A stretch of 63,240 nucleotides of DNA, the filler included, from Gemmatimonadota bacterium (GTDB lineage Bacteria > 4572-55 > J002): assembly GCA_003697105.1 (NCBI GenBank). It is 3 parts of 3 records of this genome, joined end to end, with 100 filler letters (N's around TTAATTAATTAA, not from the genome) between each part and the next. Parts side by side here need not be neighbours in the genome. Positions count along the whole stretch, not along the records: positions 28,364 to 49,598 come from RFFQ01000179.1; 2 more parts are not named here. One strand, given 5' to 3'. Under the pieces are notes generated by a model. The model ran no database searches and was not told the DNA's origin. It was given only the letters and a program-made list of their open reading frames with translations. Shown in pieces: positions 28,365 to 38,742 of the stretch. Each line of letters opens with the position of its first letter. Position 1 is the stretch's first letter. Position numbers and translations under genes: made by a program.

Positions 28365-29759
28365 GGTCAAACCGTGACCTTGACCGGCGTGGCAGACTGT
28401 TTCAGCGGTGCACCCCAATATCTACCCGCATATCCGGATCATATCAGCAGTGCCGGCGGTGGGAGTCCCGTGATTTCCAATATCGTGTACAATCCCGCCG
28501 ATCCGGAAGCGGGTGAAACTGTGACGGTCTCGGCAACAGTTTCCGATGATGGCTCAATAACGACGGTAGACCTGATTTACAACGCCGGTAGCGGCGATGT
28601 CACCACTGCCATGACTCCGATTGGGGGCGATGTGTATGAAGGTGAAATCCCCGGTTTTGCTGACGGTACGTCGGTTTCGTTTTGGGTGCAAGCGACGGAT
28701 AATGACGGTAACACCACTACGTCAGCTCCCCAAATTTATATCGTCGGGCAAAGCGATGGGCTGTACTCCATTCAGTTCATTCAGGAAAACCGCGATGCGC
28801 TCCTAAACCAAACGGTAACGGTAGAAGCCACAGTAACGATGGGTTTTGGCTCTCTGCGAAGTGATCGCACCAGCATTTACATTCAGGACGATTCGGGTTA
28901 TGGGCTTAACTTGTATAATGCGGCGGCGTTGACGGATTTAGTGCGCGGAACCCGGCTGCGGGTTACGGGGACAATCACGGAGTTTAACGGTGTTCTGGAA
29001 ATTGAACCGCAAAACCCCGCTCAAGATATTGAAATTTTGGCAACGGGTCTGCCAGTAGAGGACTTGGTCGAGGAGGTGAGTATCGCTCAAGCCAAATCTG
29101 CCCGTTGGGATGGGGCGTTGATCCGGGTGAAAGGAACCGTAATCGAAGTGGGTACCAACATCGGCGGTGGCTCAAACATTTTGGTGCGGGATTTTTCCGG
29201 TAGCATTGTCGTGCGAATTTGGGATAGCGCGGTGGAAGCCGGTCTTTTTGGAGAGAACACGGGAAGTCCGGCAGAGGTCATCGAACGTATCTTTCAAAAA
29301 GATGATTTTTACCAGATTACCGGTATTGGGTCGGTCTATAACGGTGAATATCAAATTTTGACAGGTTATGGGGAAGATGTCGTCAATCTGACCGAGTCCT
29401 TGGGAGACAACATTATCTTTAATGTGGAAACCCTCATGCCCGGACAAATCCCCGGTAACGGGTTAAAAGATGAACCCTTTGCCCCAGATTTAGGGGAAAT
29501 GCTGCACCTGACGATCAATTGCCCAACCGAAAGCCGCTTTACCTTGATGGTGTACGATCTGGATGGGCGCGAAGTTCGCAATTTAACCCCCGGCGGGAAT
29601 GCCGCCGGAGGATATTACGAAATTAGCTGGAACGGCACCGATGACAACCGGGAACGGCTCAATATTGGCATTTATTTGCTCTATTTTGAAATCCGTGACT
29701 CCCACGGAAAGGTGCAAACGGAAATAAAACCCGTCGTGCTAGGTACGCCAACAGATTAA
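28365..29759 (+). CDS. Secreted multidomain protein, 5'-truncated: Ig-like + OB-fold-like repeats + FlgD-type C-terminal domain
   Basis: Frame is open to the contig edge; YIQDDSG / G-x-x-L-x-V-T-G-x-I-x-EFNG OB-like motifs; VYDLDGREVR...WNGTD...GIY C-terminus. Confidence 0.75.
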   Translation, partial: GQTVTLTGVADCFSGAPQYLPAYPDHISSAGGGSPVISNIVYNPADPEAGETVTVSATVSDDGSITTVDLIYNAGSGDVTTAMTPIGGDVYEGEIPGFADGTSVSFWVQATDNDGNTTTSAPQIYIVGQSDGLYSIQFIQENRDALLNQTVTVEATVTMGFGSLRSDRTSIYIQDDSGYGLNLYNAAALTDLVRGTRLRVTGTITEFNGVLEIEPQNPAQDIEILATGLPVEDLVEEVSIAQAKSARWDGALIRVKGTVIEVGTNIGGGSNILVRDFSGSIVVRIWDSAVEAGLFGENTGSPAEVIERIFQKDDFYQITGIGSVYNGEYQILTGYGEDVVNLTESLGDNIIFNVETLMPGQIPGNGLKDEPFAPDLGEMLHLTINCPTESRFTLMVYDLDGREVRNLTPGGNAAGGYYEISWNGTDDNRERLNIGIYLLYFEIRDSHGKVQTEIKPVVLGTPTD

Positions 29760-29787
29760 CGTAAACTCAATATGAAAGGGACTATCC

Positions 29788-30501
29788 ATGAAATTAATGA
29801 CCATCAGCCTTGTACTTGCCGGTTTGTGCGCACCTGTGGCGCTTTTTGCCGAAGAGGGTCCGGATATGAATATCACCGTGGATTATGTGAACAAATATAT
29901 CTTTCGGGGGATGGACTTATTGGCAGATGATAAACCAGCAGTTCAACCCTCGCTCACGCTGACATCCAATGGGCTTTTGCTCAGCATCTGGACCTCGATG
30001 GGACTGAGTGACCGAGAGACATACAAAGAAGCAGATGAAATTGATCTGATTGGCGAGTATAGTGCCGCATTTACAGACTGGATGACCTACACGTTCGGCG
30101 CAATTGCCTTTATCAACCCGAACATTCCGGTGACCTTTTCGGAATTATATGCCGGTATCGCGCTGGAAGCACCCCTCAATCCGTCGTTGATGTACTATTA
30201 CGAGTACACCCATGGTAACAATGGCTTTTTAGAATTCGGCGTGGCACATACACACTCGTTGATGCGCTCGGTGTCTGTTACGGCTACCGCGAATATGGGC
30301 TATGATAACGGATTGATGGTTGAAGACCCGGCAATTAGCCATGTGGATATTGCCTTAATACCGAGTTTTAGCGCACAAAATTATGAACTTTACGGACAAT
30401 TCCATTATGTGATCGTACCCGATAAAGATGTGGGTATCAATGATGAAGATGAATTCTGGTTTGGGATCGGTCTCAGTGCCAATTTCACGTTAGTGCGCTA
30501 A
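29788..30501 (+). CDS. Outer-membrane beta-barrel protein, TorF/Gcw_chp-like
   Basis: Signal peptide, YIFRG...PAVQ, E-I-D-L and ELY motifs, amphipathic C-terminal strand. Confidence 0.7.
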   Translation: MKLMTISLVLAGLCAPVALFAEEGPDMNITVDYVNKYIFRGMDLLADDKPAVQPSLTLTSNGLLLSIWTSMGLSDRETYKEADEIDLIGEYSAAFTDWMTYTFGAIAFINPNIPVTFSELYAGIALEAPLNPSLMYYYEYTHGNNGFLEFGVAHTHSLMRSVSVTATANMGYDNGLMVEDPAISHVDIALIPSFSAQNYELYGQFHYVIVPDKDVGINDEDEFWFGIGLSANFTLVR

Positions 30502-30563
30502 AATTTGCTGAAATGGATTGACAATTCAGCGGGTATCATATATATACCCACCACATACCTTGC

Positions 30564-30592
30564 AGAGCCTGAAATTCAGGCTCTCTTTTTTT
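30564..30592 (+). terminator. Intrinsic terminator
   Basis: AGAGCCTGA-AAT-TCAGGCTCT followed by a T run. Confidence 0.75.
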
Positions 30593-30611
30593 CTTTATTT
30601 TTTCAGGTGTC

Positions 30612-31934
30612 GTGATGAGCCAACAGCCATATCTTGTATTTGCCGATGACTGCGGGCAGATTTATGATCATCCTCGTCTGTGGGCTGTGGGAAATTCTGG
30701 ACACGAGACCCTTCTTCCAGAACCGGATGAATGGATTCCGATTCCCTACGGCAGTGAATTGTATATCCTACCCCAGACATTTCCGTTGGGTTACCAACCG
30801 CAAACGGGTCAAATAAGACCATTGGAGTTTCAGCGGTTAAACGGCAAACGGCGCCGGGTGTACGCGGTCTCGGCATACACCCCACCAGCTTACACCCGAA
30901 CATTGCTACCTGCCGCCCAATATACCCAACCGCGGGAGTGGTTGCCGTTGAGGTCTTATACGGCAGTAGGGTGGAAAGACGGTCAATTTTGGGTAGCGGT
31001 TTTTAAGTCGGATCCGCGTGACGGATGGAATCCCATCTACTATCAGGAGGATTTAACCGCAGTTGTTCAGCAAAAACTGGCAGACTATCCCCATAACCGG
31101 GTTTGGAAGCAATTAGCACGCTGTACGTTGGAATATCAGTGCAATGCCGCGTATAATGCTATGAAAAAACGGCTCGAAATCCCCTTGCCGACTTCCTCAG
31201 CGTGTAATTCCAGTTGTGTGGGATGTCTATCGTTCCAGCCGGAAGATTCCTGCCCAGCCAGCCATGACCGGGTGACGTACCGGCTACGTGCTCACGAAAT
31301 CGCCGAGGCGGCGGTACCGCATTTAGAATCCGTCGATCAAGCTGTTGCCAGTTTTGGTCAGGGCTGTGAGGGCGAACCCTTATTACAAACCAAGGTCATT
31401 GCCGAAGCAATCCAGCTGATCCGGCAGCATACCGCTAAAGGGACGATTAATATCAACACCAACGGTAGCCTCCCGCGTGAAGTCCAAAAACTGTGTGATG
31501 CCGGTCTGGATGCGATTCGGGTGAGCCTCAATAGTGGCGTGACCGAAAGCTATAACCGGTACTACCAACCCCGCGGCTACACCTTTGCCGATGTCAAAAA
31601 GTCGTTGAAAATTTGTAAGGAAAATGGTATATTCACCTCAATCAATTTGCTGGTATTTCCAGGAATTACCGACCAACCTTGCGAAATCGAGGGACTCTTC
31701 CAATTAATTGAAGAGACCCAACTGGATTACATTCAGTTACGGAATATGAGCATCGATCCACTGATGTATTTGGATTTATACCCAGAATATTCGCACGCCG
31801 GTAGGGGCATTCGCCAAATGGTTCAGCAACTACAGAAACATTTCCCTTCGGTACAATTTGGCTACTTCAACCGGGCTAAAGAACAGTGGTATTCATTTGC
31901 AGAGACCACGCAAAAGATAACTGGAAACAAATAG
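30612..31934 (+). CDS. Radical SAM protein of unknown function
   Basis: CNSSCVGC (CxxxCxxC), SFGQGCEGEPL, NTNGS and IRVSLNS motifs. Confidence 0.88.
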   Translation: MMSQQPYLVFADDCGQIYDHPRLWAVGNSGHETLLPEPDEWIPIPYGSELYILPQTFPLGYQPQTGQIRPLEFQRLNGKRRRVYAVSAYTPPAYTRTLLPAAQYTQPREWLPLRSYTAVGWKDGQFWVAVFKSDPRDGWNPIYYQEDLTAVVQQKLADYPHNRVWKQLARCTLEYQCNAAYNAMKKRLEIPLPTSSACNSSCVGCLSFQPEDSCPASHDRVTYRLRAHEIAEAAVPHLESVDQAVASFGQGCEGEPLLQTKVIAEAIQLIRQHTAKGTININTNGSLPREVQKLCDAGLDAIRVSLNSGVTESYNRYYQPRGYTFADVKKSLKICKENGIFTSINLLVFPGITDQPCEIEGLFQLIEETQLDYIQLRNMSIDPLMYLDLYPEYSHAGRGIRQMVQQLQKHFPSVQFGYFNRAKEQWYSFAETTQKITGNK

Positions 31935-31935
31935 A

Positions 31936-32283
31936 ATGGCACATATTACCGAAGCCCAAATTTGGGAGAAATTAAAAGAGTTTTATGACCCTGAAATTCC
32001 CATCAATGTGGTTGACTTGGGTCTGATTTACGGGGTTCAAGTGCGGGGTACTCAGGTTTCCATCAAGGCAACTCTGACCGTGCCTGCCTGCCCACTTAAA
32101 GGGCACATGATCGATGGTATTCGGCGTACTATCCTTCAATTGGAGGGTGTCGATCATGTGGATGTGGAATTGATTTGGACACCTCCGTGGAGTCCAGCGT
32201 TGATGACTGATGAAGGTAAACGCCGCTACCAGCAACTTCGTGACGCCTCTCATCCAAATCCAATTCGTATAGGACGCCGGTAA
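31936..32283 (+). CDS. DUF59/SufT-type Fe-S cluster assembly factor
   Basis: DPE...VDLGLIY...T-x-x-x-C-P and PPW motifs. Confidence 0.9.
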   Translation: MAHITEAQIWEKLKEFYDPEIPINVVDLGLIYGVQVRGTQVSIKATLTVPACPLKGHMIDGIRRTILQLEGVDHVDVELIWTPPWSPALMTDEGKRRYQQLRDASHPNPIRIGRR

Positions 32284-32342
32284 AGGGGGATTCCGGTTAT
32301 AATTGCTCGGTTATTGAGCACGCTGAGAAGAGGGAGACACTC

Positions 32343-32744
32343 ATGGCAGTCCCAGAAAGCTTTGATGGAATCATTTTAGTTGCCGATGATGACGTTCAGA
32401 TCGGAAAATTAATCAAAAAAGCACTTGAGGTAGAAGGTTTTGAAGTGATGGTCGTCACCAATGGGGAGGAAGCCATGACCGCCGCGCGCCACCCCCGAGT
32501 GAAGTTGATTATTATGGATGCCTTAATGCCGAAAGTCAATGGATTTGAAGCGAGTGAAAAAATCAAAAAATCACTGAATCCACAAGTGGCTATCATTTTA
32601 CTGACTGCCGTATATCGTCAAACCCGCTTCAAATTGAAAGCAAAAAAAGAATGGGGTATTGATTCATTTATGACAAAACCTTTTGACATCAATGAGTTAA
32701 TATCCGAAGTTAAACGATTACTCCGCTTTCCCGGTTACGCCTGA
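32343..32744 (+). CDS. Response regulator receiver protein
   Basis: ILVADDD, IMDALMP, LLTA and KPF motifs. Confidence 0.9.
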   Translation: MAVPESFDGIILVADDDVQIGKLIKKALEVEGFEVMVVTNGEEAMTAARHPRVKLIIMDALMPKVNGFEASEKIKKSLNPQVAIILLTAVYRQTRFKLKAKKEWGIDSFMTKPFDINELISEVKRLLRFPGYA

Positions 32745-33139
32745 TGGTTCGCTTCATTACCCCTTATAAACCATATCTTTCGGGACTATGGGTCGTTATT
32801 TTGTTGATTACGACCCTTTCTCTTATTGAAATGCCTGCGAATGAAGTTGTTCCGGTTACCGATTCCGGCTGGTCAACCTCCGCAACCCACTATTGCTTCC
32901 AGATGCGTCACCTATCCTATTTGGCGGGCATTTTACCCTCTGGATACACTCTCAATGGGCGCGAATTCCGGCAACACGTTTATGCCACCGTTACGGCAAT
33001 GTCCTCTTCGGGTATTGCTTGCCTCCGCAACAAGCCTATACCCCATCAATTTGGGGGAAATCCTCACGTTTTAGTTAAAAAATGGCGATTCGTCTATCGC
33101 CTTACTCGTGATAGGGATGGCCTGCCCCTACCGGTATAA
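32744..33139 (+). CDS. Hypothetical protein (doubtful)
   Basis: TGATG coupling to the receiver gene and one N-terminal hydrophobic stretch; no recognisable motif. Confidence 0.3.
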   Translation: MVRFITPYKPYLSGLWVVILLITTLSLIEMPANEVVPVTDSGWSTSATHYCFQMRHLSYLAGILPSGYTLNGREFRQHVYATVTAMSSSGIACLRNKPIPHQFGGNPHVLVKKWRFVYRLTRDRDGLPLPV

Positions 33140-33275
33140 TCCCACTGATACATTAAAAGTAACTCAGGTGATGTTCAGACTCGTCCCGGAGTATCTGGAG
33201 ACGGGTCTCAATTCGTCCCCGGACTGTCCGGGAGAATATAGGGAATTCCATTTTATTTTTATGGAGGATAACTAG

Positions 33276-34904
33276 ATGTCTCTTAATAACTTATGGGTGC
33301 GAGTTGGTATCGCATTTATCGCGTTGGGTTTAGCGGTGTTTTATCTGATGCCGACGTACCAGTTGTATTCTTTAAAAGCAAAAGATACGCTGACCCCGGC
33401 AGATTCGCTTAAAATTGAAGAATTGAGCGAAAAAGCCATTAATTTGGGTCTGGACTTGCAAGGTGGGATGCACCTTGTGGTTGAAATTGATAAGAGCGAA
33501 CTCTCAGGAGAAGATGAAATTGAAGAAGCCCGGGATCGCGCTCTGCAAGTCATCCGTAACCGTATTGATGAATTTGGGGTGCGAGAACCGATCATCCAAA
33601 AACAAGGTGATGAACGTATTATCGTGCAATTGGCAGGCGTGACCGACCCGGATCGCGCAAAGGCTATCGTCAATCGAACGGCATTCTTGGAATTTAAATT
33701 GGTCGAAAAGCCAGACGAATTGAATGAACTTCTACAAAAAATTGATGAAACCTTAGCGTCCAGCTCCTCCGATACCGCGGGTTTCAATACGGATCAAAAT
33801 CCATTCACCAAATTGTTATCCAGTTCCGGTAGTGATCTGCTCATCCCCGATGAGAATCTGGATGAAGTCCGCCGGATTCTGGGAGACCCGGTGCTCTACC
33901 GCCGAGCCGACCCCCAAGATAAACCCAAATATGCCGGCGACCCGCGGGTGAAACGCTTGATCAAAAAACAAAATGAAATTGCCTATGGAAAACGAGAACA
34001 ATACCCCGATGGACAGTATTACACCCCCCTATTTCTGCTGAAATCCAAAGCAGAACTCACCGGGGAACATTTGAAAGATGCCCGGGTTGAGCTGGGACAG
34101 GGCTATGACCCGAAAACAGCGGGTAAACCGTATGTCTCCTTGACCTTCACTAGTGAAGGGGCGGACCTCTTTGCCGATGTGACCGGTGCCAACATCAAAG
34201 AACGGTTAGCTATTGTATTAGACGGCCGAGTCCAATCCGCTCCGGTAATTCAGGATAAAATTCGGGGCGGTCGGGCGCAAATCACCGGTGATTTTAGCAT
34301 GGAAGAGGCAAAAGACCTGCGGGTTGTCCTCAAAGCCGGTTCCTTGCCCGTACCGATCCGGATTGAAGAGGAACGCACCGTTGGCGCCACGCTGGGGGCA
34401 GACTCCATCCGCAGTGGGCAACTGGCAACCATCGTGGGTCTGGCGGCAGTGGCTGTGTTTATTGTGATCTGGTACAAACTGTCCGGTTTTGTGGCGTTGC
34501 TGGCGTTGGTGCTCAACGTGGTCTTTATCATGGCGGCGTTGGCTGGGTTTGGTGCTACCCTGACCCTGCCCGGTATTGCCGGTATCATCTTGACTATCGG
34601 GATGGCGGTCGATGCAAACGTGCTCATCTTTGAACGTATCCGGGAAGAATTGCGCACCGGCAAAAGTGTCCGGGCGGCAATTGATGCCGGTTATGGACGC
34701 GCGTTCCGTACAATTTTGGATGCCAATGTGACAACCTTGATTACGGCGATAGTCCTCTACCAATTTGGGACGGGTCCCATCAAAGGGTTCGCGGTTACCC
34801 TGAGTATCGGGATTGTGATGAGTATGTTTACCGCTATTTTTGTCACCCGTATTGTCTTTGATGCCATTCTGGCAAACCGTCCCCTGCAAAAATTGAGCAT
34901 CTAA
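33276..34904 (+). CDS. secD: Protein translocase subunit SecD
   Basis: LGLDLQGG, RIDEFGVREP and GMAVDANVLIFERIREE motifs. Confidence 0.97.
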   Translation: MSLNNLWVRVGIAFIALGLAVFYLMPTYQLYSLKAKDTLTPADSLKIEELSEKAINLGLDLQGGMHLVVEIDKSELSGEDEIEEARDRALQVIRNRIDEFGVREPIIQKQGDERIIVQLAGVTDPDRAKAIVNRTAFLEFKLVEKPDELNELLQKIDETLASSSSDTAGFNTDQNPFTKLLSSSGSDLLIPDENLDEVRRILGDPVLYRRADPQDKPKYAGDPRVKRLIKKQNEIAYGKREQYPDGQYYTPLFLLKSKAELTGEHLKDARVELGQGYDPKTAGKPYVSLTFTSEGADLFADVTGANIKERLAIVLDGRVQSAPVIQDKIRGGRAQITGDFSMEEAKDLRVVLKAGSLPVPIRIEEERTVGATLGADSIRSGQLATIVGLAAVAVFIVIWYKLSGFVALLALVLNVVFIMAALAGFGATLTLPGIAGIILTIGMAVDANVLIFERIREELRTGKSVRAAIDAGYGRAFRTILDANVTTLITAIVLYQFGTGPIKGFAVTLSIGIVMSMFTAIFVTRIVFDAILANRPLQKLSI

Positions 34905-34923
34905 CCCAAAAGGAGAATACGTA

Positions 34924-35880
34924 ATGGAGATTTTTACCAACACAAATGTAGATTTTATTGGCAAACGGAAAGTTGCCTTTATCGTCTCACTGGTGATCAT
35001 TTCACTGGGAATCATTTCCTTGATTGTTCACGGTGGACCCCGTTTAAGTATTGATTTTGAAGGAGGATTGCAACTTCAATTTCGCTTTGAAAAACCCGTC
35101 GATATTGCTGAAATTCGCCGTATTTTAGCCGAAACCGGACACCCCTCGGCTGAAATCCAGATGTTTGGCGCTGAAACCGAAGTGTTGATCCGTATCAAAG
35201 GCACAGAAGGAACCACCGAAACGGAGGAAGGCAAAAATCCGTTGGTACATGAAATCCAAGAAGCATTTGCCGAAGCCTTCCCCGATAATCCGGCAATCAT
35301 TGACCGCCAAGAGCAGGTTGGTCCCAAGGTAGGGCAGGAACTGAAAGGACAAGCCCTTTTGGCAATTTTATATTCCATGATCGGGATTATTTTGTACATC
35401 TGGTGGCGGTTTGAGTTTAAATTTGGTGCCGCTGCTGTTATTGCACTTTTTCATGATGTGGTGATTACCATTGGGGTGTTTTCCCTGATCGATCATGAAA
35501 TTTCATTGACGATCATCGCCGCCCTTTTGACGATTGTGGGATATTCCCTCAATGATACCATCGTGGTCTTTGACCGTATCCGCGAAAATCTGCGGAATAT
35601 GCGCCGTAAAGAATATAGCGAAATCATTAATGCCAGCATCAATCAGACCCTGAGCCGGACGTTATTAACTTCCGGTACGACCTTTTTGGTGGTGCTGTCC
35701 CTGATCATCCTTGGCGGCTCGGTGATTCAGGATTTCGGAATTGCCTTATTGGTCGGGATTGTCGTTGGTACGTATTCCTCTATTTTTGTTGCCAGCCCCA
35801 TGCTGGTGGAATGGCAAGCGCGTCAAGAAGCCAATCAAAAGGCGAAAGTACGCACCAACGTCAAACGGAAGAAAAAATAA
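34924..35880 (+). CDS. secF: Protein translocase subunit SecF
   Basis: IDFEGG, VGPKVG and GYSLNDTIVVFDRIREN motifs. Confidence 0.97.
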   Translation: MEIFTNTNVDFIGKRKVAFIVSLVIISLGIISLIVHGGPRLSIDFEGGLQLQFRFEKPVDIAEIRRILAETGHPSAEIQMFGAETEVLIRIKGTEGTTETEEGKNPLVHEIQEAFAEAFPDNPAIIDRQEQVGPKVGQELKGQALLAILYSMIGIILYIWWRFEFKFGAAAVIALFHDVVITIGVFSLIDHEISLTIIAALLTIVGYSLNDTIVVFDRIRENLRNMRRKEYSEIINASINQTLSRTLLTSGTTFLVVLSLIILGGSVIQDFGIALLVGIVVGTYSSIFVASPMLVEWQARQEANQKAKVRTNVKRKKK

Positions 35881-35888
35881 TAACCATG

Positions 35889-35924
35889 AGATTCCATCCT
35901 TCATCCGCAAGGATGGAATCTTTT
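35889..35924 (+). terminator. Intrinsic terminator after secF
   Basis: AGATTCCATCCTT-N7-AAGGATGGAATCT followed by Ts. Confidence 0.65.
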
Positions 35925-35948
35925 CATTTTTACCGAGGAGGTGTATTC

Positions 35949-36155
35949 ATGCGAACTCAATTGGTGGTTAATGACATGAGCTGCGGGCATTGTGAAAAAG
36001 CAATTTATAACGCCATCAATGCCCTAGAAGGGGTGACTCATGTCGAGGTCACCTTAAAAACAAAAACGGTGGATGTGGAGCATGATTTAACCCCAGATGC
36101 GCTCATCAATGCAATTGAAGCGGCGGGCTACGAAGAAATTGAAGTGATTAGCTAA
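35949..36155 (+). CDS. Heavy-metal-associated (CopZ-like) chaperone
   Basis: MSCGHC motif; SD GGAGG before ATG 35949; 68 aa. Confidence 0.88.
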   Translation: MRTQLVVNDMSCGHCEKAIYNAINALEGVTHVEVTLKTKTVDVEHDLTPDALINAIEAAGYEEIEVIS

Positions 36156-37534
36156 TGTTTCATCGTTTGAAAAATATCCATATGGTCGGAATCGGCGGCG
36201 CCGGCATGAGCGGTATCGCGGAAATTCTGCTTAACCGGGGGCATAACATCACCGGTTCGGACTTAAATTTGACGGAGGTCACCGCCCGCTTGGAACAACT
36301 CGGCGCAACGATTATGGCGGGACATGATGCCGCAAACCTCCAACAAGCGGATGTGGTCGTGATCTCATCTGCCGTGCCAGAAACCAACCCGGAGGTCGTT
36401 GCGGCGAAAGAACGGGGTATTCCGGTTATCAAACGCTCGATTATGCTGGCGGAACTCATGCGGATGCATTACGGCATTTGCATCGCCGGAACCCATGGCA
36501 AAACCACAACCACCTCGATGGTCGGGTGCATCGTACGGGATGCCGGACTCGACCCAACGATTATTGTCGGCGGGCGTGTTGGCTACTTGCAAAGTAACGC
36601 CCATGCCGGTAAAGGCGAATATCTGATTGTGGAAGCCGATGAATTTGACCGTACCTTTTTGGAACTCACGCCCTCTATCGCCGTTATCACCACCATTGAA
36701 TCCGAACATCTGGACTGCTACGAAGACATCAATGACATCAAGCAAGCCTTTTTAACCTTTGCCGCAAAAGTGCCATTTTATGGCGCCGTAATCGCCTGTT
36801 TGGATAACCCCGGCGTGCAAGAAATTATCCCCCAGTTGCAAACCCGCAAACGGTTGATTACCTACGGAATTGAGAACCCGCAAGCGACCTTCCAAGCATA
36901 TCCGGTAGATCGAGCCTCATCTACATTTGAAGTCCGGTTAGAGGGTACCTCGTTGGGTAAGATTCATCTAAAATCGCCCGGCGACCACAATATTTCCAAT
37001 GCGTTAGCAGCAGTGGCAGTGGCTTCCGAACTGGAAATTCCATTTGATCAAATTAAAGCGGCTCTGGAAGGGTTTAGCGGTGTCCACCGTCGATTTGAAA
37101 TCAAAGGCGAGATTGAGAGCATCACAGTAGCCGATGATTACGCCCACCACCCCACCGAAGTCAAAGCGACCCTAAAAGCGGCGCAACAATCAGGTTACCA
37201 ACGGGTGGTGGTGGTTTTCCAACCCCACCTATATACCCGTACCCGTGATTTTTGTGATGAATTTGCCCGCTCCTTTTACCAAGCGGATGTGCTCATTGTC
37301 ACCGATGTTTATCCCTCGCGGGAAAAACCGATTGAAGGGATTACCGGCAAATTAATCGCCGATGCCGCGAAAACCTACGGGCATAAACAGGTACACTATA
37401 TCGCGGATAAAGTGGATGTTCCCGCCTACCTCGCCAAGATTACCCGCGCCGGCGACTTGGTGTTGACGATGGGCGCCGGTGATATTGTCCATTTTGGTGA
37501 GCGTTTTTTACAGCAACTTTCTGAAAAAGGTTGA
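36155..37534 (+). CDS. murC: UDP-N-acetylmuramate-L-alanine ligase
   Basis: GIGGAGMSGIA, GTHGKTTT, EADE, DDYAHHPTE and FQPH motifs. Confidence 0.96.
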   Translation: MFHRLKNIHMVGIGGAGMSGIAEILLNRGHNITGSDLNLTEVTARLEQLGATIMAGHDAANLQQADVVVISSAVPETNPEVVAAKERGIPVIKRSIMLAELMRMHYGICIAGTHGKTTTTSMVGCIVRDAGLDPTIIVGGRVGYLQSNAHAGKGEYLIVEADEFDRTFLELTPSIAVITTIESEHLDCYEDINDIKQAFLTFAAKVPFYGAVIACLDNPGVQEIIPQLQTRKRLITYGIENPQATFQAYPVDRASSTFEVRLEGTSLGKIHLKSPGDHNISNALAAVAVASELEIPFDQIKAALEGFSGVHRRFEIKGEIESITVADDYAHHPTEVKATLKAAQQSGYQRVVVVFQPHLYTRTRDFCDEFARSFYQADVLIVTDVYPSREKPIEGITGKLIADAAKTYGHKQVHYIADKVDVPAYLAKITRAGDLVLTMGAGDIVHFGERFLQQLSEKG

Positions 37535-37579
37535 CTTTAAACACCCTGATCTGCAACTTACCGGAAGGGAGAACAGGCG

Positions 37580-38728
37580 TTGGCAACGGAATGTTTCCGC
37601 ATTACTTACGATAGCCCAGAATGTGACGCCCGGTTAGGGGAAGTCATAACGCCCCATGGCACGTTTGAAACGCCCATTTTTATGCCCGTCGGGACACAAG
37701 CAACGGTCAAAGGGATGACCCCCGAAGAAATGGAGCGCAACGGGGCGCAGATCATTCTCAACAATACCTATCACCTCTACCTGCGCCCGGGACACGACCT
37801 CATCCGCCAAGCGGGAGGTTTGCACGCGTTTCAAGGCTGGTATAAACCCATTTTAACCGATAGTGGCGGGTTTCAGGTCTTTAGCCTCAGCAGTTTCCGC
37901 AAAATTACAGAAGAGGGGGTGCAATTTCAGGCACATCATGATGGAGCCTATCACATGTTGACTCCAGAAAAGGTGATGGACATCCAACAGGCGCTCGGTT
38001 CAGATATTGCCATGGCGTTTGACGAATGCCCGCCCCCAGATTGCGGGTACGAGTACGCAAAAAAATCCAATAAAATTACCCTAGATTGGGCACGCCGTTG
38101 CAAGAAACATCACGCAACCATTCCCCATCCAACTACTCCCGGCCAACTGCTCTTCGGCATCTGTCAGGGAAATATTTATACCGATTTACGCGCCGAAAGC
38201 ACCCGCGCCATAGTCGATTTGGACTTTGACGGAAATGCCATTGGCGGGCTTTCCGTAGGGGAAGAAAAAAATGCCACGCGCGAGATGGTGCAACTTGCCT
38301 GCGAAATTTATCCCCCAACCAAACCCCGTTATTTGATGGGGGTAGGGTATCCTGAAGATATAGTGGAAGCGGTGGCGATGGGCGTTGATATGTTTGATTG
38401 TGTCGTCCCAACACGCTATGCCCGTAATGGAACGGTGTTTACCCACACCGGAAAATTGGTACTACGCCATGCCGCCCGGAAAGAAGAATTCTTCCCGATT
38501 GAAGAAGATTGTGAATGCTATACCTGCCAGAACTTTAGCCGAGCATATCTGAAACATCTCTTCCAAACCCATGAAATGCTCGGTCCCCGCCTCGCCACGT
38601 GGCACAATATCTATTTTTGGCAGAAATTTACCCGCAATATGCGGGCGGCTATCCGGGAAAATCGATTTTTGAGCTGGAAACAAGCCTTTTTAGAAAAATA
38701 TTTATCGTCTGAAAATTCAGACCATTAG
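37580..38728 (+). CDS. tgt: Queuine tRNA-ribosyltransferase
   Basis: TPIFMPVGT, LTDSGGFQV, GGLSVGE and DMFDCV motifs, C-x-C-x-x-C zinc site. Confidence 0.97.
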   Translation: MATECFRITYDSPECDARLGEVITPHGTFETPIFMPVGTQATVKGMTPEEMERNGAQIILNNTYHLYLRPGHDLIRQAGGLHAFQGWYKPILTDSGGFQVFSLSSFRKITEEGVQFQAHHDGAYHMLTPEKVMDIQQALGSDIAMAFDECPPPDCGYEYAKKSNKITLDWARRCKKHHATIPHPTTPGQLLFGICQGNIYTDLRAESTRAIVDLDFDGNAIGGLSVGEEKNATREMVQLACEIYPPTKPRYLMGVGYPEDIVEAVAMGVDMFDCVVPTRYARNGTVFTHTGKLVLRHAARKEEFFPIEEDCECYTCQNFSRAYLKHLFQTHEMLGPRLATWHNIYFWQKFTRNMRAAIRENRFLSWKQAFLEKYLSSENSDH

Positions 38729-38742
38729 AGGAGGATAAACCC

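Noticed and set aside
34218-35015. Long antisense ORFs (this one, 17365-18105, 46304-46906 and similar)
   Set aside because: They are shadows of well-supported genes on the opposite strand and have no motifs.
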